64,000 nt of DNA from Cyanophyceae cyanobacterium (lineage in GTDB: Bacteria; Cyanobacteriota; Cyanobacteriia; Cyanobacteriales; JBHJGN01), in assembly GCA_050331735.1 (NCBI GenBank), contig JBHJGN010000014.1, positions 11,169-75,168 of the forward strand. The letters are read 5' to 3'. A program made the translations under genes and the position numbers. The notes below the pieces were generated by a model. The model made no database searches, was not told the DNA's origin, and saw nothing but the letters and a program-made list of their open reading frames with translations. Shown here in pieces: positions 63,267-64,000 of this stretch (position 1 is the first letter of the stretch; the number at the start of each line of letters is the position of its first letter).

Positions 63267-63870
63267 TTACTCTTTGTTCACACCAACTTGAGTTGATAAC
63301 GGAGAAAACGACATTACTGCTGACTGAGGAAGATTTTCCCGAAGCTGACGGGACTGACTCTGCACTTGACTAGCTTGCTCTAGCAGCTGACGGGAGCAAC
63401 TCCAAACTTGATCGGCTCTCGCCCGTGTTTGATGATATTTGTAGTGAAGCTGACGATGCTGAACTGATAATGAATGCTTTTTGATGCTGGTATACCGCTC
63501 TAGTAGACAGGGACGACCGCCGACAATCTCTCTAAGATTGGTTTCCAGCAAATGAGCGTTGTCCAAATTTGCCTTTTCCAAATTTGCTCTCCAACAGTTA
63601 GCCCAGTTCAACACTGCCATTGCTAAATTTGCCCTTTTCAAATTCGCCTGACCAAGATAAGCTTTTTTCAAATTCGCTCCCTGCAAATCAGCGTCTTCAA
63701 GATTAGCCCGCAACAGCTTAGCCTGCAACAGATACGCACAGCGTAGGTTTGTCCTTTTAAGCACAGTATCTACTAAACGGGTTTGCTATAGTTTTGCCTC
63801 TTGTAAATTGACTCCTTCCAAATTAGCTTTGTATAGATTGGCATTGCTCAAATCTGCCCACTTACAGCGC
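63267..63870 (-). pseudogene. Pentapeptide-repeat pseudogene/remnant
   Basis: A(N/D)LxX repeats continue upstream of the called ORF (ADLSNANLYKANLEGVNLQEAKL*QTRL) through an in-frame TAG at 63786-63788; no clear start. Confidence 0.7.
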
Positions 63871-64000
63871 TTTGCAGGTTTATGAGGGACAATAACAGCA
63901 GTGGGTAAACCAGTTACGCAAATGCTGAGGATTTATGAGATACATCGCTATTTTGATGAGCAAATCAACTTTTTTAGCGGTCTTGGGAGAAAACTGTCTC

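Overview
A cyanobacterial chromosomal segment, judged from abundant HIP1 GCGATCGC octamers, a split-intein dnaE-c, cyanobacterial-type glpX and arsC, and Uma2 genes. Most genes are housekeeping: ssb, dnaE-c, aspS, the bamA-lpxC-fabZ-lpxA-lpxB cluster, purC, dnaG, dusB, secA, hemA, glpX and metH, plus transporters and two-component/c-di-GMP genes. The main accessory content is (i) a tightly coupled five-gene SWIM - DUF5691 - MoxR/YehL-type AAA+ - DUF5682 - vWA operon of unknown function with an upstream palindrome and a nearby dGTPase, and (ii) a pstS-acr3-arsC arsenic unit preceded by two ArsR-type operator boxes. Three copies of a 141-148 bp MITE carry TACC/GGTA ends and 3-bp TWA target duplications; one supplies a gene's stop codon. 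A second family of G/A-rich intergenic fold-back repeats carries swappable mini-hairpins. Also present are an in-frame hairpin insertion in aspS, an ECF-type promoter upstream of bamA, and several single-base changes at normally invariant residues of core proteins. No rRNA, tRNA, CRISPR array or transposase was recognised. Family names are from motif recognition only; no searches were run.
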